Shown: positions 8,578 through 20,217 of the stretch, piece by piece
How positions within the stretch are numbered: the stretch's first letter is position 1
How the letters are laid out: each line of letters begins with the position of its first letter
Assembly: GCF_964194025.1 (NCBI RefSeq)
Contig: NC_134475.1
Span: 44,144,001 to 44,208,000 of the forward strand
DNA: 64,000 nt
Direction: 5' to 3'
Origin: Convolutriloba macropyga
Taxonomy: Eukaryota
Notes under the pieces: generated by a model
What the model was told of the DNA's origin: nothing
Seen by the model: only the letters and a program-made list of their open reading frames with translations
The model's database searches: none
Position numbers and translations under genes: made by a program

Positions 8578-8650
8578 GGGAATATGGGCGCCGATTCGTG
8601 CTTGACTCTGATTGGCTGACGAGTCAGTGCCTATCGGCGCCCATATTTCT
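8578..8650 (+). ncRNA. Candidate pre-miRNA-like long hairpin
   Basis: Perfect 15-bp inverted repeat aatatgggcgccgat/atcggcgcccatatt plus an inner TGACTC/GAGTCA stem; extra G-U pairs form only on the + strand. Confidence 0.4.
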
Positions 8651-8786
8651 TCTGGCACTTGTCAAGATCAATCCCAAACCGATGCGGCAAACATTTAGCA
8701 TTTTGCAACAGTAACATCCGCAACTGTAACTCCAACAGTAACATCCGCCAACTATCACTTTTGCGAAATTCCTTGTCAGCAATGAG

Positions 8787-9165
8787 GTGAAAGAAGTCGA
8801 GGAAGCCCAGGCGCAGATGGTAGAAGCGCAGAAAAAAACTGACATCCTGTGCGTTCAACCTGTGGCACCTATACTTACAGTTAAATGTGGTTATCAGGAG
8901 AAAGTTGAAGTTAACTCCAAAATTCGTAGAAGTAAAACTGCCAGATCCTTTGGAACATTTGATGGGAATCGTACCTAGTCTAGAAAAATACCTTTATTTA
9001 GAGTCTAGAAGAATAGCCAGAGTCGATGTACTGAGAAAAGTACGAGCAAATTTTTTTACTAGCCCAAAAATTGATTCGAGTGAAGAATTGGTTAAAACAG
9101 CTATGTCTTTGACAATGGAAATGAGCAGCCTTAACCCATCCTTCAAAGCAAGACTAAATGAATAG
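8787..9165 (+). CDS. Possible frameshifted or spliced hypothetical protein
   Basis: Two overlapping short ORFs in different frames; AATAAA at 9171. Confidence 0.25.
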
Positions 9166-9311
9166 GTGCCAATAAACATATCTACCATTAACGGTAATAG
9201 TCTTTATCTGCAACTTATCCCTTCAATTGTTTTTCATGAGTGGTGATCACAGATTCGAAGTTATCCGTGCTGCATACTTGCTTTTCCAAGACCACCTGGA
9301 AATGCTCAAAC

Positions 9312-9636
9312 AAACATATCCGACTAAACTTCGGAAGAATTGCTCTCCACTAGTGGGAGCTCTAATCAATTGCAACCTGGTTCAGTGGGGGGGGGGAGGA
9401 GCCTAAATGGGACTAAGAAGTTCAATAGCGGGCTTCAAATAGCCACATTAGAGGTTAACATATACCACTATTAAGATTTAAAGCGAAAAATGGCACCAAA
9501 TTCGTCGCACTTTAAGATCACGCAAAACAAAAAGTCGAGGGCGTAAAATTCACTCGAAAAGTGAAAACGGTCAAGCCAAAATTTTACATAAAAGCAAAGA
9601 CACGTTTACAATAATTGCTTCTCTACGAGAGCAATT
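9312..9636 (-). mobile_element. Helentron-associated non-autonomous element (HINE/DINE-like), family 1
   Basis: CCGA..TCGG stem-loop followed by AATTGCTCTC at one end; AATTGCT..GAGAGCAATT foldback at the other; poly-G core. Confidence 0.7.
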
Positions 9637-11055
9637 AAAACCATTTCTTTTTATGCGATTGTCTGGCGGATCGCATGCATTGACAGACCAAGAAGATTCT
9701 CATTTTTATCAAAAACTTGAAGATCGGAAGCGTACGTTGCTCTGAATGATTGCTTAAATTTATGCGACTGCTATGCACAGAGAAAAGTCCTCAATTTGAA
9801 AAATTATTTCAGGCTGTCTCACCAAATCAAGGCCATCAAAACTTATATGCTCTTTCAGCACAGACTGAACTTCATGCAGAGAGTAACGTTTAATCCGTGC
9901 AGTTGAATTGAAAAAAAGTAATGGCTTTTTCTATATAACGATGCCTAAGAACCAATGACGACAGATTGAACAGAATCTTCCAATTATTTCAACAATGGAT
10001 TCAGTAAGCAGAGTCACCCTTTTGCAACGTATATATTCTCTATCCTCTGGACTCACATTATTGTGGCAACTACAATGTGATAAAATTTTGTCCTATTTTC
10101 TATTCAATTTTCTATAAATGCTCCACTCAACATATTTAAGAAATTTTCCTACATCATTAAATGGAGTTCAAAAAAATTTGTGGGAGTCTGGAAGTCTCTA
10201 AAACGACGCAAGTGTGACGCAGTCTTAAACTTCGTTGATATTATTAATACCTTTGAAACATGGCATTTAACCAGAACATTCTTTATTTACATAGAAACAA
10301 ACCTCGCCTAATTGTTTGTTTTAAATCAAAGAGAGAAATTGTAGATTGAACATAGACTGATTAACGATAAATAAAGAATTAATTAGAGCATTAATTAAAC
10401 TTTAATTGACAAATCTTTTTATACTTAAAGCTAGAAGATACTGCTCTTGAAGTTGAAGAACTCTCCGTCTAAAAGTCAGCCATCCTCTAGAATATTCACC
10501 ACACAATAACATTTCTGTATACAAAAGAATATCAACTTCGTGCAATAGTATAAAACTCTCGGTATTGGACAGATCCCCAAGAATATTTGCATGCGTGAGC
10601 AATGTTCTGGTTTAAGTCTCTCTTATCCGGAAAAGAACTAATCAAAAAGCTACTTGACTAGTTTACTTTTGAATTTCCGAGGATTTGTAATGGATTATAG
10701 CTGGGTAAAGCTTGGAAGATTTATATGGCTGTTCGGCCTGTTTGTTTCGACACACAGTTTAGTGGGCATTACTTTTACTCCACAATGCTATTTTCACAGA
10801 GAATTAAATAAAAATAAATAATTTGTCAAGTGGGGGAATAAAAACACGAGGGGCTAAAACAGAATACATCCCTAGATCTTTGTTTCGCTACTTTTCAGCT
10901 CACGATTGTAGTTTCATACAATAACACACGCGTAATTTTGTACATACACTGTTCAATACTCAACTTACCCATTCCCTGACTATCTTTATGGTGAACCTTT
11001 CCTCCAAACAAAAATCTGGACAGAAAACAATATATTAAATCTAAACAATAAGATT

Positions 11056-14000
11056 TCATAAATCACTACATGAGAAAATTCTTTCCAACGTTGTAGCTCT
11101 AAATATCTTTTTGAGTTGCTGTTCACTTTCTGGGAAGTTTGTCAGCAGGAACGCATCAAAGATCGATTTGAGCAAATCTGCGCCACCATGGTCAGATAGA
11201 TTCACAAGCAGAATATCTATCGTGTAAATACTGAGCATTGATGACACATTTAACGACTGCTGCTCGCTTAGCAGAAATTTTATCAGCGCGTTCGAAACAA
11301 GAGAATATACGTTGCTTTTGTGCTTACAGACACCAAGAATAACAGATAATGTTCGCTCTACAATTTCAGAACAGCTCAAATTCAACTGTAAGAAATTGAC
11401 TAATGGTTCTATGATTCTATCAAGGTTCACGTCTAGTTTGTGAGAAAGCTCTTCTATCAACTTCAAATGACACATAGCCTCTTCTGAATAGCTTTGTAAA
11501 CCCACAGAACCACAGAAAAACTTGCGGCACTTTTCTAATTCTGAACAAGATGTCAAATTAGTATTACCCGAATTCGAATTTGAGGTCGTACCGGTAGCTT
11601 CCGTTTCCAACAGTCCTAAACAGTTCATTAAATGTTTGTTTTTCTTCGGGTTTTCAACTAGGAAACTTGCGTAGTTTTTGACAGCCCGTCTGGCGAGAAT
11701 ATGATCGTACTCAAAGTACCTGTCTATCAATTCATAAATATCGTTCTTCAATTTCCGGTTGAACTCATTAGTCAAAGATGTGAATGAAATCACTGTTCCA
11801 AGAATAGTTTGCATGATCTCCGGGAATCTCTTGTGTGAAAAAGCCGAAGGCGCCAATCTCAATAAGATTCGAACCGCTGCTTTAAATAAATCCGCAATTC
11901 CGTCTCGTTTAAAACCGGTCCAACTACTTCTAAATTTTCCCTTCAGCAAAACGGCCAATAAATCAAGTTGGCGATTCGCAAAAACAGGATGTGTTGATGC
12001 GAATTTCAGAATTAAATTTGAGGTCAAATGCTGCGTATCGAAATCAAAATTTGTCAATGATTCCAAAGGCAATATCAAATTATACGCAGTAAGATCAGCT
12101 TGAAAAGAATTTTGATACTTTTCTGTTTTCATAACTGCAAATTTTTCAGCAAACGCGGACAAAGGAACAGCTGTGTTTAGGTAAATCAGAATTTGAATAC
12201 TTTTTCTTATTCGCTCAGTTTTGAAACTATCACACAGTTCGATTAGATCGCCAACGATTTCATCAATATTTGAACTTTTCTGCAACTTCAACAATAGTAC
12301 AATTCGAGATTGAAGCAAATCTAAGTAATTTTTGTCCGTTTTCATAACTTCGGCGCATTCTTGGTAGACCAGTATTAACAGTTTCGAAGTCGCTTCCATG
12401 TCCAGACACAATACCTGCTCCGAAATCTTGTTTAGCAAACGCGTTTCTCGGCCTTGGAACAGTTTAGGTTGCATTTGAACAGCAGTTATGAAATCCAGAA
12501 CTACTGTAGGATTTATTGTTGTCTCCGTTTTATCCAAATTTTGTAGCAATGACTCTACAGTCAATTGCACTGATTCCCACGAAACGCTATGAATCAAGTT
12601 TGCGATCAAAAAGCAATGATATGAAGAAAAGTTATGCTTCCCAGAAAAAAGAATATTCCAGAGATAATCAGAATGCTTACGAGTAGTTTCCGGGTCACTG
12701 ATTAAAACCAGATCCAAAAGTTTCCCAGTACAAGAAAATGTTTTCTGGGACATATATCCAATTTTGCCAGATGCCTGGTCAAGTAAAGATTTGGAGCTTA
12801 AACTCAATTTTTCTTCTGGCTCTGGTGACTTTGGTTGCATGTTCACCTCTTCATTTTCAACATGAATGTTCAACAGTTTATACGATCGATGAAATTTAGT
12901 ATTGGACAACGCCTTACGCAACTGGTCTGTAAATTTGTTTAACTGCCGGAACCCCAGATTTTTCCCAATGTTCATAACGAAAGCGGTAAACTCGTGAACG
13001 CTTACATTATCGACCAAACTAGCGACAACTTCTTGAACTTTGATTACCTCGCATAAAGCATTACTAACATCTGAATAGTCCGTTATTTGAGCGCTCAGTT
13101 TTGGTAAAGTAAGGCTTTGACCAGGGTGCTTTACTATAATTTGAGTAATCAACATTGCCAAGCTGTCGGAATCTTTGCAATCTTTCAAGTTAAGAGGATC
13201 GTCGATGACTTCGCCCAAAACATCAACATCAATTTCATCGATTTCCTGGACAATATCGTCTGCAGTTTGGCTCCTCGACTTAACAGAAGTTGTTATAACA
13301 GACGTATAAGCGCACTCTAATTTAGGCCCAAAATTGGTAATTAAATCTTGCTCCAAAGCCTCTATATGATCTTCTAAATCTCTAAGCGCGTCTTTAATTC
13401 CATTCAGTGAATATCCTTCAATTCGGGTCAGAATCGTATCACTTAAGCTTGTGCTTAACCCGGCAAAGGTTAAACTTTTCACTAAATTCGAAATATCGAT
13501 CATTTGGTAGACCCATTTCGAAAATAATGTTTTACAACGCAGGGCACAGCTCATGAGTAGACTATCCGGTAATATACTTTTGACAACATCAAATGATAGT
13601 TCTTTCAGTGGAAACGTTTCTAAGGAATCTTCGCAATCAACGCTCATCAGAAACATGGAAAACAGGCACGTTACGACGCTGGATGGAGCGGATAACTTTG
13701 TGCCTTTTATGGTCATAACATCACTTGTACTCGAAATTGGTTCCCCCTTTGTATCATTTGAAAATATTGCAAATATAATCCTGCAACAAGAAGGGAAAAC
13801 TGCGCTCAAATCATTACAGTACTTCAGACTCCTTTCAAATATTGAACGTCTGCATACAAAGATATCCGCAAATAATATTATCGAGCTTGCATCATCAACA
13901 TTCTGCATAGCAATTTGCCGCACGGCAAAACTGAGCGCCGAAGCAACCAATTTAAGATCAAATTCCTTTTTCATAGTTTTCAGTGCCATTGTCAAAAGAT

Positions 14001-16527
14001 TCTCACCGATTCCAAGCATAACGTTCAAGGCTTTCGACACACTTTCAAACAAGTGCTCGTGCTTGACCTGATCTCCTATCACACTCTTTAACAGTTGCAA
14101 GGTTAGATTACTTGCAGCTTCTTTCCTGAACAGGTCATCCGAGGACGTCAGAGCTGCTAAAAGGTAGGCAAATACTTTGGACGAATAGACATTTTCTGAG
14201 ATTGCACTTTCTAAATGTTGAGTCACCATCTCTACCTTCTCAATATGCGACTCACTAGACGTTGACAAAGTCGATTCCATCAACAAGAACTCACATAAAC
14301 ATTGCGGCGGGAGGGCACCAACATCCGACGACATTATAATTTGGGACAACCAGGATGAACCACTACCTGCAGGTCCAGATGCCAGGGTTCGATTCCGGTT
14401 GAGAACATCAAGCAAATAATCATTTGTCCGACTGCTACATAGAGCATTGCCAACTTTCAGAGAGTTACAAATCATTTTCAAATGGGAAAGAAATTCTGGA
14501 CTTGGCAACCGAGTAGGACCCTTGGGATCCATGTATGTCAACTGGGATATCAGAAGACTGGAATCCGCTGTGATAGTTTTTCTAGCTAAATGACACTCAA
14601 ATGATATTATCTCATTTCGCTCCTGCTCAGCAATTCGCATTTCATATCTTCTCAGTTCTTCCCTATTTACATTTGATGCGCTAGGTGGGTAGTTGAAGTC
14701 GGAAGTCAGACACATTTCCATCAACATTTTCAACATAGGTAGTTTTTCCCAACCGATATTTGCAACTGTATCTACATTACTTCCGCTTAGAATAAGCAAT
14801 ACGGTCCACGCTTTCCAGAGTAAACTGGACACAGCCAGTTTTGGTTCCTCATAACTCGGGGGCAATGAAATGCTCGCAGGTTTGCTGTACACAACTAGCT
14901 TAAACAGTTGGTCGGTGAATTCCTGTGCGTGAATTATCGTTATCGAATTAAGCGGTGACCGCGTGACTAATCCCTCGATAAAATTCATGGAGTTTGAAGA
15001 GTTCAAAGGATAGTCTGGATCCAGGCCCATATTGATGATATTAAGCAGACACGATTCCAGAACACCGGATTCAATCAACATTCGATGACATGTACTTTGG
15101 TCCGGTGGATATGGATCTTGCTTTAGATACGTATCCAACGGTTCAAACAGCAGCATTTTATGCATTAACTGATTATATTGCTCGGGTGAAAAGTAGAGCG
15201 AATGCGCTTTGACCCATTCAACGAAATGCGCAATTATCTGAGCAACTGTTTTCTGTGTTTCCTCAACCACGTCCAAGTTCAAACTGTTTCGCTCGTGCTC
15301 TTTCTTCGCTTTCGCTGTTGCAAAAACCTCCCGGCTGTTCATAGGCAGACAAATGAACAGCGCATATGTAGCAAGGTCCGCAATGCTTATCAAGTATTTG
15401 GATAGTTGTAAATTTTCTGCTTGCATTTTGGCTTGCACTTCTGGTTGTATGTCTAAAAGTTGCGCGCAGAATTGGTCAAACTTAATTTCGAGTCTCTGGC
15501 TTTTAACAATATCGCGCAGAAAAGTCCTAACGGCTTTTGAGTAATCGTCTTTTTGGTACAAGACCAACTGAAAAGCAAAGGCCAAGTGCGTTGTGACCAA
15601 TATACTGTTTGACTGAAACATTTGCGATATAACATACATGTTATTTGGATTCCTGGCACCTCCTGAAAACTCATTGAAGACAATATTTCGCAACAGAACT
15701 TTGTTGATCTCGACATTTTTGTCACTCATTTCTTTAATACTCAGCATCAACGCTGTTCCAACGTTTTTATTTTTCGGTTTGATTCTTATCAACATCGATA
15801 CAATCTCGGTGTTTTCAGCAGAGTCAACTTTCAGAGCGTTTTCACTTGAACAATTCAAACAAACCGCATTTAGTAAATCTTGCGAAGGTCGGTACAGTTT
15901 TGTATTGTGAAGCCAAGCCTCCAATTTTGAGCATGCAAAATGTCGTATCCCCGGTAATCCACAAGTTACAGCTAAAAGCTGGATGGCATTCTTCTGTTGC
16001 AAATCGATCTGATTGGTCGAAAGCGAGCAACCACTACCCGCTTTCCCTCGAGCGAAAATCTCGTTCACCGAATCGATAACCAGTTTGCACAGAAGGTCTT
16101 TGTTATCGGGGTATCGGTCGATGTATTTAGCATCAACAGAGTTTGGTGATATTAGGAATGGAATCGGCGACCCTATAGGCGAAACTTTTGATTCTTCTTT
16201 CAAACTATTAGTTGAATTCCCGCCACTAACAAACAGTCTAGGTCTTTGCACAGTCGAGGAGCTGAGAGACTCAGCAAGGCCTGGTACAATTTGAGTATTG
16301 AAGGAAGTAATCAGATTAAACACGAAATCTTTGGTAAGAGCCGAGTTAAGATCTGCCCAAATACGTTCCTGAGTAAAATCATCAATGAAAAGTTTGATGA
16401 ATTGAATAGGCCAATCAGCGTTCGAGGATTTGAGGCAGGATAAGAGAATGTTGCAACACAGCGCTACTGCAACGTTGTTTGGTCGTTGTTTAGTTGTGGT
16501 TCCTCCTGCGTTCCAACTCGAGTCGCG
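11056..16527 (-). CDS. INTS1: Integrator complex subunit 1, coding exon 2 (5472 nt)
   Basis: WPIQFIKLFIDD..ERIWAD, KLEAWLHNTKLYRPSQDLL, ARNPNNM, LLWKAWTVLLIL, PMLKMLMEM, FECHLA, DPKGPTRLP, LPPQCLCEFLL, TGKLLD and HPVFANRQL motifs; TTTCAG acceptor at 16528, phase 0. Confidence 0.93.
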   Translation of the reverse strand, partial: RDSSWNAGGTTTKQRPNNVAVALCCNILLSCLKSSNADWPIQFIKLFIDDFTQERIWADLNSALTKDFVFNLITSFNTQIVPGLAESLSSSTVQRPRLFVSGGNSTNSLKEESKVSPIGSPIPFLISPNSVDAKYIDRYPDNKDLLCKLVIDSVNEIFARGKAGSGCSLSTNQIDLQQKNAIQLLAVTCGLPGIRHFACSKLEAWLHNTKLYRPSQDLLNAVCLNCSSENALKVDSAENTEIVSMLIRIKPKNKNVGTALMLSIKEMSDKNVEINKVLLRNIVFNEFSGGARNPNNMYVISQMFQSNSILVTTHLAFAFQLVLYQKDDYSKAVRTFLRDIVKSQRLEIKFDQFCAQLLDIQPEVQAKMQAENLQLSKYLISIADLATYALFICLPMNSREVFATAKAKKEHERNSLNLDVVEETQKTVAQIIAHFVEWVKAHSLYFSPEQYNQLMHKMLLFEPLDTYLKQDPYPPDQSTCHRMLIESGVLESCLLNIINMGLDPDYPLNSSNSMNFIEGLVTRSPLNSITIIHAQEFTDQLFKLVVYSKPASISLPPSYEEPKLAVSSLLWKAWTVLLILSGSNVDTVANIGWEKLPMLKMLMEMCLTSDFNYPPSASNVNREELRRYEMRIAEQERNEIISFECHLARKTITADSSLLISQLTYMDPKGPTRLPSPEFLSHLKMICNSLKVGNALCSSRTNDYLLDVLNRNRTLASGPAGSGSSWLSQIIMSSDVGALPPQCLCEFLLMESTLSTSSESHIEKVEMVTQHLESAISENVYSSKVFAYLLAALTSSDDLFRKEAASNLTLQLLKSVIGDQVKHEHLFESVSKALNVMLGIGENLLTMALKTMKKEFDLKLVASALSFAVRQIAMQNVDDASSIILFADIFVCRRSIFERSLKYCNDLSAVFPSCCRIIFAIFSNDTKGEPISSTSDVMTIKGTKLSAPSSVVTCLFSMFLMSVDCEDSLETFPLKELSFDVVKSILPDSLLMSCALRCKTLFSKWVYQMIDISNLVKSLTFAGLSTSLSDTILTRIEGYSLNGIKDALRDLEDHIEALEQDLITNFGPKLECAYTSVITTSVKSRSQTADDIVQEIDEIDVDVLGEVIDDPLNLKDCKDSDSLAMLITQIIVKHPGQSLTLPKLSAQITDYSDVSNALCEVIKVQEVVASLVDNVSVHEFTAFVMNIGKNLGFRQLNKFTDQLRKALSNTKFHRSYKLLNIHVENEEVNMQPKSPEPEEKLSLSSKSLLDQASGKIGYMSQKTFSCTGKLLDLVLISDPETTRKHSDYLWNILFSGKHNFSSYHCFLIANLIHSVSWESVQLTVESLLQNLDKTETTINPTVVLDFITAVQMQPKLFQGRETRLLNKISEQVLCLDMEATSKLLILVYQECAEVMKTDKNYLDLLQSRIVLLLKLQKSSNIDEIVGDLIELCDSFKTERIRKSIQILIYLNTAVPLSAFAEKFAVMKTEKYQNSFQADLTAYNLILPLESLTNFDFDTQHLTSNLILKFASTHPVFANRQLDLLAVLLKGKFRSSWTGFKRDGIADLFKAAVRILLRLAPSAFSHKRFPEIMQTILGTVISFTSLTNEFNRKLKNDIYELIDRYFEYDHILARRAVKNYASFLVENPKKNKHLMNCLGLLETEATGTTSNSNSGNTNLTSCSELEKCRKFFCGSVGLQSYSEEAMCHLKLIEELSHKLDVNLDRIIEPLVNFLQLNLSCSEIVERTLSVILGVCKHKSNVYSLVSNALIKFLLSEQQSLNVSSMLSIYTIDILLVNLSDHGGADLLKSIFDAFLLTNFPESEQQLKKIFRATTLERIFSCSDL

Positions 16528-17940
16528 CTGAAATGAAAACAAGTTAATAAAATTATATCACTACCTTGAGCCACAACGCTATAAGGCTCACTACCTCCAT
16601 TCAACCAGAAATAGGACTCGCGTTCAAAAAAATGAAACGATTTAATAAACTTTCTCATATTCGCATTGAAAACATATTTTATACTTTTTAAAATTTTAAA
16701 ATTATAAACGCAGGCTAACAAAAAATATACGACATTGTTCACGTAATGGAAAAAATTTGATGTGAGATAAATGCAATCGTTGGAGGTCGAGTTCAATGTG
16801 AATTGAAGTAAAATAGGTAATAGATAATTACATTAAAGCCACAGCCGCTCTTAGTGTTTTACTTGCTTACACTGAGAGGAGACAGAATAGATCAATAACA
16901 TTCATAATCAACCTGACAATAAAATGGTTCCAGAATGAGTCAGATCAATGAAGCAAATGTTCAATTGAGTACCAGCAACATGAGTACAGTTTAAGGATAG
17001 ATGGAGTTCAAAAAAAGACAAAATAGAGAAGTGAAATGAAGACAAGACAGACAACGTGTAACAATACAACACCTTGATGCTGCTCGCACTTTTCTAGCAA
17101 ACATAAAACCTCATCAGCTTAACTTAACATGCATCATGTTGATGAAAGCATAGTCAACAACTTTCCTAAATAGCTCGCAACAGAATTAAGTATCGTAAAT
17201 ATTGATGAACTTAGCTGGCAGATCACAAGAAAATAGCTACGATAGCTTCATAAAGCTGTAGTCTCAAAAATCAATGAAAGAGAATATAGATCTCAGAAAA
17301 AGTAAACTAAAAAATGATACAGATTTGATTCTTGTGCTTAAACACTGCCCCCAAATAGCCTTAAAATAGATTGAAACATCCTGGTTTGATCCTAACTCCT
17401 GGAATCAGTCATTATAGGAGTTGGGGAAGTCATTTTGATAGACTGAGGAAACTCATTTGTGACCAACTATTTAATCACACGGATGAACAACAATCTGATC
17501 TTAAATTTTCGCTATTAAATTATATGGATGGTCATCATATGTCACGGGGAGAAAAATTTTCGTACGTTTAATTGCTTTCAAACGAATTTCGTATCGACTA
17601 TACTTGTCCAATCTCGTTTTTTAAATGCGATATTTCTCTTGATCGATATTCCATTGACGCTTCTGACTATTCGTCCTTAAAAATCGGTCAAGCTCAGAGC
17701 ATTACATCGCCGAGTAGCTCTTTTAGAGATTTATTAATCTCTAGTGTACAGTTTACCAATGCTGCTGAGGAAAAAGTAATGGTGTGAAGGGCTTTTTGCC
17801 TTTTGGTAATTTGGATTCCGCTTAAACCCCCTCCAATTTGAGCCTCTCTCACACTTCACCCCCCCCCCCCCACACACACACACACACGGCTACGCCACCT
17901 AAGACCGACACCATCAAATCTCTCACAAGAAAAAAACTAG

Positions 17941-18466
17941 AACATACTCGGCAGATTGCCGGAAAATAGCCGCCGTTGATTCCAATAAGCATGATTGGGA
18001 TTGAACGAATAGAATATATTGAAAAAAAAATTTTTGTACAAAAATATTTTTTAAGTCCGATTTATTTTGATGGCATTTCGTAGTTGAACATACTTCTGTT
18101 TCTTAGAGAGAGGCTACAGGGGCTACTATCAACACCAATAAGCATTAAAGGTGGTACCTAAGACTTATAGGAACGACGTTCAAATAGCGGGCATCTAAAA
18201 TTGGGCTTTATGGGTTTATCCCGTTTCTATTTCTGACTTCAATTTTTTATACCGACTCTGTTCATTTTGAATTGCTTTGCTTAGCAACTGATGTTCAAAT
18301 TCACTTTTAGCAGAATGAGAGAAGAGAGAAACTAGCCTAGAGAAGTCAAAAAGATTTCACGCAAAATGTCGAAAAAGCGGCAAAATGGTAAAGCGAAAAA
18401 AAGTTTGACGAAGTAAAAAAAAACGAGCGCAATAATAGCCGGCTGAGAAGATGAGGGCGGCTATTA
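17941..18466 (-). mobile_element. HINE-like element, family 2 (in the INTS1 intron)
   Basis: CGGCAGATTGCCG stem-loop plus TAGCCGCC; other end TAATAGCCG..GGCGGCTATTA; near-identical to 32678-33219. Confidence 0.75.
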
Positions 18467-18481
18467 AACAGCTAATACATT

Positions 18482-19662
18482 AATCTTAAGCTAGCCTCAT
18501 TAAGCCAAAGCAAGCTACTGCTGATCACCCGTCTGAAAGAAATTTGCCCGATGTTAGTCGGTTATCTTTGTATTTTATAGTTTGTATAAATTTTCTACGC
18601 ATCTGGCTCGCGGGAGTTTAATTGGTCAAAAATGACCTCTAATGTAATTTTAAGATGAACTAAGAGTCTTAGCATGTCTGGATCAATCTTTTTAGTTTCC
18701 ACTAAAAATTTCCAGGAAACGACAAGATGTCATCGGAGAACAGCTTGATTTACTTCTGTCGGTTGAATTAAAGTTTAAAATGTGTCTTCATTGCTGCAAA
18801 GCTGAGCTAGCTTATCTTGCGATTGACTTAGTTTTTGTTTCGTGGTGTGATGTTTTTTCTAACTTTTCACATCCCAATCCTTCACAAAAGAACTTTCTTG
18901 GCCTTCACAAAAGAAAAATGAGCCTTTCTTGTAAATGGCTCATTTTCATGGCCCCTTGTAAATGCATTTAGTTGCATGACGTTGTTTGTTACAACTAATA
19001 TCAGCAAGTCTTAGCTTAATTGCATTATTTCTTTGCTGTAACTGCATTTTTTGGGTGGAACTGTACTCTATCTGGGGAACTTTTGTGTTAAGACGTGTTT
19101 GACTAATCCATCTTTTATATAGAGAAGCAAAAGTTGCATCAATGAAACTCTTTTGAAAAAACTGAATCTTTGTGAAATCGAATAGAAACTTTTAACCAAT
19201 TTTGGAAAGATATTGATTAAGTATTGTATTTTTTGCCCATTTTAACGCAAACTAACCATTAAAACATCTTTAATAGCCAAGAAGTTATAGCTGAGGCTGA
19301 CATTGATGTCATCGTGATTACCTTGCTCAAGTTACTTGCACTGTCTTTTTGTGAATATAAATTGTTAGCGGAAACGCTAATTGAATGTTAACAGAAGCTA
19401 CGCAAAAAGATGGATGCGGACAAACTACGACTTTTAAAATTTATGTAAAAACAATTAGAGGTCATGTTTGACCAACTTTAGCCGCGACGAGGTCGATGCG
19501 TAGGAAATTTTACAAACTATAGTAGTTGAAAGTACAAGCACGAGAAGTGTGCTGCACGACGCAAATATAACCGAGGAACGACGGGCGAATCCCTCTGAGA
19601 TGACGAGCAAGCAGTTGGCTACGGTAGTAGCTGGCTTTGACTTAGTGAGGTTAGCTTAAGAT
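18482..19662. repeat. Long imperfect inverted repeat (18482-18643 vs 19453-19662)
   Basis: aatcttaagctagcctcattaagccaaagc pairs with gctttgacttagtgaggttagcttaagatt; tatagtttgtataaattttctacgcatc pairs with gatgcgtaggaaattttacaaactata. Confidence 0.75.
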
Positions 19663-20032
19663 TATTGCATTAGGTGTTCTTATTCTTTCTTGGAGGAGCT
19701 TGGAGTGAGGGCCTTGGGCGGAGTGGCAGTGTGTGTGTGTTTTGGGGTGAAACGTGTGAAATTCGGGGGGGGGGGGGGTCTGAACTATCAGAATTCCTCT
19801 TCACACCATTAATTTATGCCTTCTCAGCAACTTCGCTGCGTTGTACACTAAGAGACTAGTTAAAGCTCTATGAAATCTACTCAGCGACTTAATGCCATCC
19901 GGCCTTCACCTTTTTATGCCGTTTTTGAGGACGAGTAGTTAAAAGCATCAGACGAAAATCGATCAAGCGAAAACATCGCATTAAAAAAGATTGGACAAGT
20001 ATAGTTGCTACAAACTTCGTTTGAGAGCAGTT
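19563..20032 (-). mobile_element. HINE-like element, family 1
   Basis: Ends TTGCTACAAACTTCGTTTGAGAGCAGTT; 19860-20032 resembles 51220-51389. Confidence 0.65.
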
Positions 20033-20217
20033 AAGCGTACGGAACGCTTGCTTCCCCTGATAGATTATGACCCTCTATATAATAAATCTTTCTACATCCC
20101 TTAAAAAGTATTTATAAATTGTAATGGCTAGTCCCAACACTCGTTGAGCTATACATTATCAATGAGAACCAGAAATTTCTTCACCCGGGAGGGGGGGGGG
20201 GGGTCAGTTGTACGTAC

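Larger units (their letters stand above)
1..9200 (+). mobile_element. Endogenous Polinton/Maverick-like (adintovirus-type) virus segment; boundaries uncertain
   Basis: Co-oriented, tightly packed ATPase, DDE integrase, basic core, capsid and adenain ORFs at 1253-6256. Membership of 6500-9200 is inferred only from adjacency, same strand and gene density. No TIR or TSD was found. Confidence 0.88.

Noticed and set aside
6257-9310. Polinton right terminal inverted repeat
   Set aside because: No AG/AGT-repeat terminus or match to the window start was found, so the element end is undefined.
11759-16443. Plus-strand ORFs within INTS1
   Set aside because: Antisense shadows of the long coding exon.
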